Origin: Macrostomum hystrix
Taxonomy: Eukaryota > Animalia > Platyhelminthes
Assembly (NCBI GenBank): GCA_950097015.1
Contig: CATNEN010000007.1
Location: 434,001-498,000 of the forward strand
DNA: 64,000 nt
Reading direction: 5' to 3'
The translations under genes and the position numbers were made by a program. The notes under the pieces are model-generated. The model did no database searches. It was not told the origin of the DNA and worked only from the letters and a program-made list of their open reading frames with translations. How positions within the stretch are numbered: the first letter of the stretch is position 1; every line of letters begins with the position of its first letter. Below are positions 48,219-58,669 of the stretch, piece after piece.

Positions 48219-51200
48219 TCAGACAGGTGTAGTTTTCGCCCTGCTGTTGCCATGGTAACCGACAATTGTTCCACCAGTGGAATATGCGGCCGCCTGTTGC
48301 AGGTGATAATAGCGCGGTGGGCCGTACCCGGGTTGCAGATTTCGCAGCTGCTGGCCCGTCTGTTGTGCCAGCGGCTGAGGCGGCAGCGAGTTCTGATAGG
48401 CCACTTCCGGTGTAGGCACGAACCGCGGAGGTGACGATGAAGCGTCGGCATCAGAAGATGCAGCCAGCATCAACTCCGGATGTCGATCCGACGACATCAA
48501 ATCGTCTTTATCATCCATGTTGTCCTCGCCTTCCGGTGCGCAGCTCCAGGAGTCGGCAGGCGACTCTTCAGGACAGAAGCGCTGATATGCCTGCTGCTGC
48601 TGATTCTGACCATCAGCTCCTGGAACATGGTGCTGGTACTGTGGCGGCGGCGGCGGAGGGGGTGGCACTCGCTTCAACTGACTACCACCGTGGCCGATCA
48701 ATGACGCGGGCGTTGACGATTGTGGAGGCGCCGGCGGTGGCGGTGAGGGTGGCAGCGGTAGAAGTCGAATGTCAGGGCCAGGACTCGAGCAGCCGCGGTG
48801 CCAATGCTGCTGCTGCTGCTGTTGGACCAGCACAGCTTGAATAGTAGTAGCAGATGTGTGATGCCCACTGGTAGTGTTGTTGCTGTGACTGTTTAGCCTG
48901 ATCCTGTTGCCATTGTTGCCGTGGTTGTTGCCGCTTCCGGAGCTGGTACCGCTGCAGTTTCCACTGAGCTTGGCTCGTCGATTGGCATAGTGTCTCGACC
49001 GAGCGATGTACAGGTAGACGGCAAACACACCTGAGAACTCAGTGAAGACAAAGCCAACTACACACAGGTAGAATGATGACCCGTAGCGGTAGACATATCT
49101 CTGATCGCCTGATATGCTGGCGGAAGAGCTGTCGAAGGCCTCGCTGATGCTGCCAACGTACAGCACAATGCCGATGAGCAGACAGAGACCTGGCACCAGT
49201 CATTGAAGGGTGTTCGGGAGAAATCTTTAAGCACTTTTTTCAGTTGATGGAAGCGCGAGCCAGTGTGGCTCAGTAATTGCAAATTTGAATTTGACGATTC
49301 GATAATTTATTCTGTGAATGAAAAGTTCACTTCTGTTCAGAGAAGGTTTCATTGAATCGTAAATTATTTTCTCGTAGAGTCTCCCGTGGGGAAATGCATA
49401 AAGTGACGGTCTAAAATTAGCTCTCCGAGAGCTAGAGAGAAAGATAATCAATGAGAGGCGCCTTAATTCATGCAATAAACTGCTTTACTGCCTTATAGTA
49501 ACTAATGATCATTTTTTAAACGGTCAACAGACCCACTTATATTTTCCCCATTGTCGAGCGTTCGCACACTCACCGGAGAATACAAACAAAGCCCCGCTGA
49601 CGAAGATGAGCCTTGTGGCCCTCGGGTCGCAGAAGCTGAAGAATGTCACCACGCAGCCGACTAGCAAAAGAGTCAGGCCGGCTGCTGGGAACAGGCTCGC
49701 GATGTGCAGGTCGTCTGGAGGTGGAAGACATTGAAGGATGGGATGTATCAACCAGGGACACTCAGTAGTGATGACACATCGTTTGGTAACACTAGACTCT
49801 CAGCCAGTGAGGTGGCAATTCTGCCCATTTCGCTGACTCCTGAGCACACACGCACGCAGCGTATGCAGGCACACACTCACACAGGTGTGTACATCTGTCC
49901 TGACTTTCTCATCATCAGCAGTGTACACTCTCACTGTGCCTTGGAGGTTGGCCCTCAATCGCGTAAATTGCACGACAAGCCCCCAAATGAATGTGGCCTT
50001 GCCGCGGAATCGAGCTCAGGGGCATTGGTGCGAGAGGCAAGCGCGTTAACCGCTCTTTCACTGACCCCCCCAGTAGTGTTGTACAAAAAAGTCATTCATT
50101 AGCAATGATCAGTTGATTCCTGAGTCCTGCGAAACTCCTGCAATGCATGTTTTCTTGACCCAGCATAGCATGTCCACCCTCGCGACTTCGCTGCCAGCAG
50201 ATCACAGAGAGCCGCGGGCTAAACCACAAGCACTCACGGAATGGCGAACATCCTCCTTCCTTTAGCGAGCGAAAGCCGACTTTTTAATCAGATTTCGTCG
50301 CTGCCCGCGCGGTATCTAATGCTCCTTGCGGGCGGTCAGCGGAGGAAAACTGCAGAACTTTTACGAATTAGTCTCTAACTGCTAGCTGGCGAGTCCAAGA
50401 TCGCACAGATAGCACTGATTGTTCTCTCTCTTTTATCTTGCTTCTTCTCTTCTTCTTGCTTGTCTGTTCTATAAAAATCAATACCCAGTGCTGCATGGTA
50501 TGTTTGTTTTTCTTTAATTTCAAAGCACGGGGCAATGATGATAGGTCGAGTTGTTTGAATACCCTTTGCGGTCGCTCTGCCATTCCCCCACAATCCAATT
50601 CCCCTGGCGTCGACCTCGTTAAAGATTTTTCGGTTTTTTTTCCAAGTAGAAGTTAAGGCTGAGCCCGGGTGTCATTTGAATATCACTGCGCGTGGAGGCG
50701 TGGATAAGGAATGAGACTATGAGCCGTGTGTCTTGGGACCTCTGCAGAATTTGCATAAGGCCGTGGCTTCACTCCGAGAAGCGGCATTTTCTCTCTTGCC
50801 TTCTCTCTCTAAATTTCTGCCATCTGCGGCCACACTGGTGCAGACGATTTAAAATTCATCAATTTTTTGAGACGCGAATGAAATATTCTGATCGGTACCC
50901 TGTCCCAATTGGGCCAGATGTGCAGCAGCAGCAGCAGCAGCAGCATCTAAAGGCTTCAGTCCATGGACCCAGTCCTCAATTACCTCAGCTAATGCTGATG
51001 CAGCTGGGTGAACTGAAGCAATGCTGAGTTAAGTGTCTCGCTATCGGACTCAAAATGTTCCAGTGAAGTTTCGAAAGAAATAAACTAAGTGTGTTGTACT
51101 TTTATATGTGTTGTACTTTCATTATATAGAAACTAGTATTTGACCGTTGCAGCTAAATATCCCATAGACAATTCGTTCTACCTGTTTGTTTGCGAGGACC

Positions 51201-54200
51201 GCGTTAAGAGTGTTTGCGGCTCTAGCTTTCGTGCTAACCCCGGGCTTTGCTATCTACACAAATACATTAGACCACAAGCTATCGCGGCAATACGCAACGA
51301 TGGCAAGCGCAGTCAAATTCAGCGACATAATCAAGCAGTACGACGGTGAAGAGGATTTTTCGCGCTGGGCACAGAAGCTCGAACTCGTTGCCAAGCTCCA
51401 AAAAGTGAATGACCTGGCTGCTTTCATCCCACTATTTCTATCGGGAGGTGCGTTCGCCGTGTACCAGGCACTAAACGAGGAAAGCAAGTCGGACTACAAA
51501 ACTCTGAAAGCGGCTCTTACCTCAGCGTTCTGCCCAAACAAGTACAAAGCATACGACGAGTTCGTGTCACGCAGGCTCGGCCCCGGGGAGTCCGTGGACG
51601 TTTTTCTCGCGGATCTCACGAGGCTTGCACGCCTAGTGGACGAGATCCCCGGGGAAGAATGGATCAAATGCGCATTCGTCCGCGGGCTTCCAGCAACCGT
51701 CAGTCTGCAGCTGATCGCTTCCTGCTCTCTAAAAGAGCTCGAACTCCATGAACTAGCGGAGAAAGCTAGAAACTTAACGATCAGTCGCGAGTCCTGCTGT
51801 GTTGTCTCGAGCGCAGGAAATGCGCGAAGCGCTGGAAAGTTCGCCCCACGCAACAAAGTGATGTCGTGCTACTCGTGCGGCAAGGAGGGCCATGTGAGCA
51901 AAGAGTGCATGGAACGCAACCGAGCGAATCAAGGTTGTTTTGTTTGTGGAAAAGCGGGACATGTGGCTGCTCGATGCCCGCAGCGCGCCGATTTTCAAAA
52001 AAACGAGTGATGGAAGCGCGGAATGTTTGCGCCAACGGGCTTCCTTGTGCACCGGCGCACCTACCATCGTTAAGTGTTCATGTTAATAGTTTGGTCGTTA
52101 CTGCTTTAGTAGATACTGGTTGTTCGCGGTCCATCGTTTCTTCACGAGTTACTGGAGTTAAAAAACGTCCCGTTCACGAGAGGGTCACGATGATGAATGG
52201 TGACTCAGCAGAATGTGAATGGGAGGCTGACGTTGCTTTGTCTGTTCGAGGCCACCAATTACCAGTGCTGCGATGTATCGTTATGGACATCCTTCCTGGG
52301 TTCGATTTGCTGCTTGGGATGGATGCTATCAGCCGATTGGGCGGTGTCTCTGTGAAGCGAGATTGCCGCAGTGTCCGCTTCGGTATTGAAGAGCAGTCAT
52401 TAGCGCTGGAGACTGCTGCGGTAGCCAAGGCTTTCTCAAAACCAAAGGCGGAGTCACCTGTGAGCTGTCCGGCAGGAGAGGTCGAGTCACCTGTGAGCTG
52501 TCCGGCAGGAGAGGTCGAGTCACCTGTGAGCTGTCCGGCAGGAGAGGTCGAGTCACCTGTGAGCTGTCCGGCAGGAGAGGTCGAGTCACCTGTGAGCTGT
52601 CCGGCAGAAGAGGTCGAGTCACCTGTGAGCTGTCCGACAGGAGAGGTCGAGTCACCTGTGAGCTGTCCGGCAGGAGAGGTCGAGTCACCTGTGAGCTGTC
52701 CGGCAGGAGAGGTCGAGTCACCTGTGAGCTGTCCGGCAAGAGGAGCGAGGCTTGCGAAAAATACTTTAACCGAGGCGTGCCTGGTGCTTGAGGAAAAAGA
52801 CTTCTCTGCTAAGTTTATCGATGGAGAGTGGACAGTGGCATGGAAGTGGCTGGATGAGGCCCCACTACTGTCAAATACGATAGCTCAATACCGAGTCCCA
52901 CCAGAGGCGGTAGGCGAGTATGAGTCAGAGATAAAAGACTGGATTCAGCGAGGTTGGCTGCTACCGTTCGAAGGTGACAGTGACTGCGTCATCCCTCTGA
53001 TGGCAGTGGTGCAGACCAACAAAGCAAAGGTGCGGCCTGTACTCGACTATCGCGAGTTGAACCAGTACGTGTCAAGCCACACCGCCGAAAGCGTCGTGTG
53101 CGGCGCCAAGCTCCGGGCCTGGCGGCGGCTCGGTGAGAATGCGAGTATCATCGACCTGCGGAAGGCCTACCTACAACTGCGATTGGACCCCAGTCTCTGG
53201 CGCTACCAAGTAGTGAGGTTCAAAGGCCGCCGTTACTGTCTCACCCGGTTAGGATTCGGACTCAACGTGGCGCCAAAAATTATGACGGCGGTTGTGAACA
53301 AAGTCCTGTCGATGGAAGACGACGTGCGTGAGGCCACGGACTCTTACATTGACGACATTATTGTGAACAATAGCAAGATTCCGAATGAACGCGTAACTGG
53401 GTTGCTTGCCCGGTTCGGGCTAGAAGCCAAGCCTCCTGAGAGCCTCATTGGGGGCCGCGTGCTCGGCCTCCGCGTCTACCGTCGAGAGGATGGGGTCATT
53501 TGCTGGAAACGAGACAATGTCCTCTCTCAGTTGAAAGGTCCAGCAACACGACGGCAACTATTCTCCTGGTGCGGCCAGCTAGTAGGCCATTTCCCCGTCG
53601 CCGCATGGCTGCGTGTCGCATGCAGCTACTTGAAGCGGGTCACCAGCACAATCGCGTGGGACGCTATCGTCAGCGAGTCTGCCATGCGGATCGCCCAAGA
53701 AATCAGCGAAATGGTCCAGGAACGAGATCCTGTCGCTGGGGTGTGGACCGTTGACGAGACTTCGCGCTGTCGCGTCTGGTGCGACGCCAGCAGCATCGCC
53801 ATTGGAGCCGTCATCGAAATTGGTGGCGTAATCGTGGAGGACGCCTCGTGGTTGCGAAAACAAGACGACGCTGCGCACATCAATCTTGCCGAACTTGAGG
53901 CGGTCCTCAAGGGTATCAACCTTGCCCTCGCTTGGGGTACGAGGAAAGTTGAAGTGTTGACTGATTCTGCAACCGTGCACGGCTGGCTCCAGTCTTTGAT
54001 TGTCGGCGATAAGCCCGTGCGAGTCAAAGGTCTCGGTGAAGCTCTGGTTCGGAAACGGCTATCATTAATCCGAGACACGGCGTCGGAGTGCGAGCTCGAG
54101 CTACTGACATCGCTGGTGCCATCTTCAGCAAACAAGGCAGACGCACTGACGCGAGTACCGCAACAGTGGCTGCGCCAGCGGCCCTTCTGTGCAGTGGCGC

Positions 54201-57200
54201 TGCGCCCCGTTGACATGGATCTCCGTGCGTGCCACGAGAAGCACCACTTCGGGGTGGACAGGACGCTCTACCTGGCCAAACTGTGCTTCCCTGAACGTGA
54301 GGTACTGTGTGAAGAGGTTGAGCGCATCGTTGCAAACTGCATCCGATGCAAGTCCGTAGACCCTGCGCCGATGGTTTGGGACCATGGCAGACTCGAGGTG
54401 GATGCAAACTGGTGGCGCTTGGCCTGCGACGTGACCCACTTTAAGGACGACCGCTATCTGTCCATTGTTGACTGCGGGCCGAGCAGATTCTCGCTGTGGC
54501 GAAAACTCACCGACGAGCGGACAGCGTCAATTACCGGGATACTCGTGCAGGTGTTCCGAGAGCGGGGCCCTCCCTGGCAGCTGCTTCTCGACAATTCACC
54601 GACCTTCCGCTCCGCTGAGGTCCGTGCGTTTTGTGAGGCTTGGGGAGTGCAGCTCCTCTTCCGTTGCGCTCACCGGCCGTCAGGCAACGGAATAGTCGAG
54701 CGCAATCATCGGACGATTAAGCGGATGGCAGCCAGAACCGGAAAGGACGTACTGGAAATGGTGTTCTGGTACAACATGGCTCCAAAGGATGGCACTCGCA
54801 AGGACAGCGTGCCCAGCAGAATGGTCAGCACCTATGACTGGAAGCCGCCAACTGTGTCTCTCCCTGAGGCCTTGGAGACCTTGGAGGCAAACCCACGCCC
54901 CACGCCCACCCTGCCAGTGGGAACAGAAGTGTTTGTTAAACCGCCGGCCGTCAGATGCACCGACGAGTGGCCTAGGGGACGCGTGACGGGCCAGGGACAA
55001 GGGTCTACGGTGGAGGTCGATGGCCTTCCCCGTCACGTAGCTGACGTCCGCCCGGCACCAGACACGCAACCGCAGCCTCCTGGGGTGGAGCGAGCTGTCG
55101 AGCGGGATGCCGAACCACGACGGTCTAATAGGGTGAAGTCGGCGCCGGTCCGTTACGAACCTTGATCTCTTGTGATCCGGAGATCAGGGGGTGATGTGTT
55201 GTACTTTTATATGTGTTGTACTTTCATTATATAGAAACTAGTATTTGACCGTTGCAGCTAAATATCCCATAGACAATTCGTTCTACCTGTTTGTTTGCGA
55301 GGACCGCGTTAAGAGTGTTTGCGGCTCTAGCTTTCGTGCTAACCCCGGGCTTTGCTATCTACACAAATACATTAGACCACACTAAGCCAAACTCACGAAT
55401 GTCTGTCGCTTTCATTTCGCCAGATTTCTTCGTCTGAAAGGCCACCACAGACATGAAGTGGGACCGGTTGTGGTAGCTGCAGTTGCTGCCGAAACCAGAC
55501 GGATCGTCAACTGGAGTGAAGTGAGGTGGGTGCTATTTTATCATGAGGTTCTTTGCCCGCTGTTAACGCCAGATGTTGCTTAATTAGATGAAAAATTTAG
55601 TAACGGTAAAGTGACCACCCCTGCATGCGAATCCACACGTAATTCTGCAGAACTGTGGGATATGAGTCTAATATACCCCATATATCTTAAGTCCTCACAA
55701 AGTTTGTGAAAGCCCCCCATGCAAACGAGGTGCCAAGTCCATCCGCATAAGCAGTAATCGAATATGTCGGAGCAAAAAATAGGCCTACATCAGCAACTCA
55801 ATACCGCCGAGATTTCCCCCGGAGGCTGGATGCGGAAGCCCTAGGACTCAAGTAACATTTCTTGGCCAGCCTTTCCTTGGAGCCCGTCAGCGGCGCGACA
55901 TCAGCGAATCCCATCTCCCGCTTCCATCTCGTCGAACTGTTTCTCACTGCGGGTGTCACAGTTTGGGAAGCCATGAAAATGACTCACAAGCCCCCCGGAC
56001 TCTAAGGCTCAACTTCCTCTCGCGATCGACACAGGAAGCGACGCGATATCATCATGGATCCACTGCGAACTCGGCTTCCTTCCCAGTCTGGGATAATCTT
56101 CCCTGCCCGAGCTGGGACAGGCTGGCCTTCTCTTTCTTCACTTCGATCCCCACGAGAATGAGGGGAAGGGAATCAGGTCTGTCAGGAGCAAGGGGGCAGC
56201 GCGAGTGCAGTATAGAGGCAACTTTTCTCCTAATACTAAAATCCACGAACTCCCAGCTGGGAAAATGGTTGCTTTTATGGACTGCGGCACAACTCTATGA
56301 TTGTGAGCCTGCTCTGAGACCCACCGGCTCTTAGATGATGTGCTGCGCTGAGTAGCTCAGATTGGGGAATAGCTCAGAGTGGGGAATAGCTCATAGTGAG
56401 GAATAGCTCAGAGTGGGAATAGCTCAGAGTGGGGAATAGCTCAGAGTGAGGAATAACTCAGAGTGGGAATAGCTCAGAGTGGGGAATAGCTCAGAGTGGG
56501 AATAGCTCAGAGTTGGGAATAGCTCAGAGTGGGGAATAGCTCAGAGTGGGGAATAGCTCAGAATGGGGAATAGCTCAGAGTGGGGAGTAGCTCAGAGTGG
56601 GGAATAGCTCGGAGTGGGGAATAGCTCAGAGTGGGAAATAGCCCGGAGTGGAGCATAATAATTTTTGCTCGAGGGCTGGGGGCACTTGGCACATTATTCG
56701 AAGACAATAGAGGAAATAGAGAGGTGAGAGACAATTTTACCAGTTTCGCTGACTCCTGAGCACACACACACACACAGGTGTGTACATCTGCCCTGACTTT
56801 CTCGTCGTCAGGCAGTGTACACTCTCACTGTGCCTTGGAGGTTGGCCCTCGAAGGCGTAAATTGCAAGACAAACCCCCAAGCCTTCTATCCGTGGCTGCA
56901 CCCCAAATGAATGTGGCCTCGCCGTGGAATCGAGCTCACGGACCAGGCGAGCCAGGACTGGCACTCACTGACATCCGGAGTCCACATGAAGATGGTCTGC
57001 CGTTTCAATCGCGGAATGGACCTGGCCTGGTAGCATTTGCGCCACAGTCCGGAGTGCAGCGTGATGATGTCCGTGCTATTGCTCCGGTTCTCCCTCTCGT
57101 AGGTGAACAACCAAAAGTCCGTGGCCACTGACACTGACAGAATGACGAATGCGCTGCAGGCATTGGCGCAGGTCAGCCCGATGAGAGCCTTCTTCTTGCC

Positions 57201-57272
57201 GCAGCGGTTGCCAACACCGACGCCGCCACCGACGCTTTTCAATCGATTCGACAACTGACTGGCGGCTCCCAT
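48219..57272 (-). CDS. CACNG (stargazin/TARP): Stargazin/TARP (calcium-channel gamma subunit, PMP22/claudin superfamily) AMPA-receptor auxiliary subunit, about 509 aa
   Basis: Phase-compatible exons: 57272-56969 (VSVATDFWLF...LHSGLWRKC), 55510-55397, 49714-49574 (IASLFP...LIFVSGALFVFSG), 49189-48219 (GLCLLIGIVLYV...YRYGSSFYL...EFSGVFAVYLYI, long Q/P-rich tail, ends KTTPV-stop). An AG directly precedes the ATG, so an upstream exon is likely. Confidence 0.92.
49768..50066 (-). mobile_element. SINE family A copy
   Basis: The reverse complement matches 17557-17880. Located in TARP intron 2. Confidence 0.86.
51090..51276 (+). repeat. 5' LTR
   Basis: Direct repeat of 55195-55381. Confidence 0.96.
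51300..52010 (+). CDS. gag: Retrotransposon Gag with two CCHC zinc knuckles
   Basis: ATG at 51300. Capsid-like region plus CYSCGKEGHVSKEC and CFVCGKAGHVAARC; TGA at 52008-52010. Confidence 0.93.
   Translation: MASAVKFSDIIKQYDGEEDFSRWAQKLELVAKLQKVNDLAAFIPLFLSGGAFAVYQALNEESKSDYKTLKAALTSAFCPNKYKAYDEFVSRRLGPGESVDVFLADLTRLARLVDEIPGEEWIKCAFVRGLPATVSLQLIASCSLKELELHELAEKARNLTISRESCCVVSSAGNARSAGKFAPRNKVMSCYSCGKEGHVSKECMERNRANQGCFVCGKAGHVAARCPQRADFQKNE
51998..52059 (+). promoter_or_regulatory. Programmed -1 ribosomal frameshift signal (A AAA AAC plus predicted H-type pseudoknot)
   Basis: Heptamer at 51998-52004 in the gag frame, 7-nt spacer, stem 1 GGAAGC (52012-17) / GCTTCC (52039-44), stem 2 TGCGCC (52028-33) / GGCGCA (52054-59). 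Pol is in the -1 frame. Confidence 0.8.
51998..55165 (+). CDS. pol: Retrotransposon Pol: aspartic protease, RT, RNase H, integrase
   Basis: Uninterrupted ORF (open from 51866). Motifs: ALVDTGCSRS (protease); IDLRKAYLQ, RLGFGLNVAP, YIDD (RT); WCDAS, HINLAELEAV, VLTDS, NKADALTR (RNase H); HEKHHFG...CIRC, ACDVTH, LLDN, GIVERN (integrase HHCC and DDE). Confidence 0.95.
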   Translation, partial: KKRVMEARNVCANGLPCAPAHLPSLSVHVNSLVVTALVDTGCSRSIVSSRVTGVKKRPVHERVTMMNGDSAECEWEADVALSVRGHQLPVLRCIVMDILPGFDLLLGMDAISRLGGVSVKRDCRSVRFGIEEQSLALETAAVAKAFSKPKAESPVSCPAGEVESPVSCPAGEVESPVSCPAGEVESPVSCPAGEVESPVSCPAEEVESPVSCPTGEVESPVSCPAGEVESPVSCPAGEVESPVSCPARGARLAKNTLTEACLVLEEKDFSAKFIDGEWTVAWKWLDEAPLLSNTIAQYRVPPEAVGEYESEIKDWIQRGWLLPFEGDSDCVIPLMAVVQTNKAKVRPVLDYRELNQYVSSHTAESVVCGAKLRAWRRLGENASIIDLRKAYLQLRLDPSLWRYQVVRFKGRRYCLTRLGFGLNVAPKIMTAVVNKVLSMEDDVREATDSYIDDIIVNNSKIPNERVTGLLARFGLEAKPPESLIGGRVLGLRVYRREDGVICWKRDNVLSQLKGPATRRQLFSWCGQLVGHFPVAAWLRVACSYLKRVTSTIAWDAIVSESAMRIAQEISEMVQERDPVAGVWTVDETSRCRVWCDASSIAIGAVIEIGGVIVEDASWLRKQDDAAHINLAELEAVLKGINLALAWGTRKVEVLTDSATVHGWLQSLIVGDKPVRVKGLGEALVRKRLSLIRDTASECELELLTSLVPSSANKADALTRVPQQWLRQRPFCAVALRPVDMDLRACHEKHHFGVDRTLYLAKLCFPEREVLCEEVERIVANCIRCKSVDPAPMVWDHGRLEVDANWWRLACDVTHFKDDRYLSIVDCGPSRFSLWRKLTDERTASITGILVQVFRERGPPWQLLLDNSPTFRSAEVRAFCEAWGVQLLFRCAHRPSGNGIVERNHRTIKRMAARTGKDVLEMVFWYNMAPKDGTRKDSVPSRMVSTYDWKPPTVSLPEALETLEANPRPTPTLPVGTEVFVKPPAVRCTDEWPRGRVTGQGQGSTVEVDGLPRHVADVRPAPDTQPQPPGVERAVERDAEPRRSNRVKSAPVRYEP
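52451..52740 (+). repeat. 33-bp in-frame minisatellite inside pol, 9 units encoding (ESPVSCPAGEV)n
   Basis: (GAGTCACCTGTGAGCTGTCCGGCAGGAGAGGTC)n, between the protease and RT domains. Confidence 0.96.
55195..55381 (+). repeat. 3' LTR
   Basis: Direct repeat of 51090-51276, followed by the TSD CTAAG. Confidence 0.96.
56360..56650. repeat. 16/17-bp minisatellite (GGGGAATAGCTCAGAGT)n in TARP intron 1
   Basis: Direct tandem repeat, about 17 units. Confidence 0.93.
56737..56952 (-). mobile_element. SINE family A copy, head-truncated, immediately after the TARP exon 1 donor
   Basis: The reverse complement matches the SINE A body and starts about 17 nt into the intron. Confidence 0.84.
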
Positions 57273-58669
57273 CTGTGAGAAGCAGCTGACCTCAATGGAA
57301 CGGCTGTATGGTGGATGAGGGGGGATGAGGTGCAGAAATGTAGGATAACGAAGTAAATAAGATGGCTGCGCGCTCTCAGCAACTCCCTTATCTTGCTCTG
57401 TCTCTTGAGAAAAGCGGAGAAGTGACCAGCCGCAGCTTCTCCCCCTGCCCCGGACTGTCCATCCAGGACTGTCCTCGATTTGCTGGGCTCGAGTCCTCAA
57501 ACAGCTCTCTCACTCGCTGCCTGTCTGTCTTTCTCTCTCTCTTTTTCCTTAAACTGCATTAGAGATTCGGGCAGGCGATTTTTCCGGACCAGCCCGCCGG
57601 GTCTCGGCTGCTCGAGTGAATGGGCGAGTGGGCAGTTGAGGTGGGTGCTCCGGGGAAGGGGAACTGGGATCTGATGCTCCGGGTTGGGTTCGGGGATTCA
57701 TTGAAAGGCCCGCGGCGGCCAAGCTATCGCAGTGCCGAGGGACTTCAGAGGCAGGCCAGACATTCTCCCAAAAGCGGGAATTCTTTGAGACTTCAGCGAG
57801 ACAGCGGTGGATGAGAGCGCGACAAAGGTTCAGGGGATTAGATGAGGCAAATGAGAGACTGGAACATCAACTGGAGATTGGGGTGAGATGGAAAGGATGA
57901 GATTCTGAGAAGATAAGAGTAAGAGAGCTGAGCACGGAGACATATGCTCGAGATAGCAGGCCAGGTGGAAGCCGATGCAATTTTATTTAGCAAGGACTGC
58001 AATATAAGCAATCCGAAAGCGATTTCTCAGGGCTGCTCAGACCAGACGAATGTGGGTGAGACTGCAGAGCAGCGTTAAGAAAGTATCTCGAGGGCTTATT
58101 TGGGATTTCGGGACTTTCCACCCGCACAAGATATCGCCTTAAGAATCTGGGGTGTTATTAGTTATAGGGCTGGCTCTCCAGCAGTGGAATAATCCAATGG
58201 CTTGAGCACACAGGCCAGCCTGGTCATAGCTGAGTCACTTATTCATTCGGCGCAGCAGCCAGCTCTGTGAGAAATGCCACCGAGGATATCAGCTGCGAGC
58301 CGTCTGTTCTGAGAATAAAAGTACATTAGATATATCTCTTTTCTCAGTCGAGAGTGGCTGCTGTTGTACTTTTAGTGGCATTGAGGCTAAAGTTTTTTTG
58401 CACTAGAAGTTTGAGATGAATGAGATTAACGAGCGCGCTGTGTTAAGCAGATGAGTGGGAAGAGCTTTTTTGTATATTCGAGAAACTTGTGTATTTTTTA
58501 CTTATTGTCTACTTTGAGTAGACAGTAGTGAGTATTAAATAGAGAGAATATATAAAAGGTAAGAGTGGCGAGTTATTTAGGAAAATTATAAAATCATGCA
58601 TATTTGAAGGAGAAAACAATTCAGGGGTAAGAGAGTACAGACTAAAGCGAGAGAGCAAAAAAAAAGAAC

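Larger units (their letters stand above)
51090..55381 (+). mobile_element. Full-length, apparently intact LTR retrotransposon (Ty3/gypsy-like order PR-RT-RH-IN), 4292 bp
   Basis: LTRs at 51090-51276 and 55195-55381 (187 bp, TG...CA, identical by eye). 5-bp TSD CTAAG at 51085-51089 and 55382-55386. Purine tract AGATCAGGGGGTGA precedes the 3' LTR. Confidence 0.97.

Noticed and set aside
50230-50600. Possible extra TARP exon ending at a GTGAGT donor near 50235 (minus)
   Set aside because: Exon 2 joins exon 3 in phase and gives a sensible TARP sequence without it. No clear acceptor or start was found.
52174-55069. Antisense and alternate-frame ORFs over pol
   Set aside because: They are shadow ORFs of a GC-rich coding sequence with no independent motifs.
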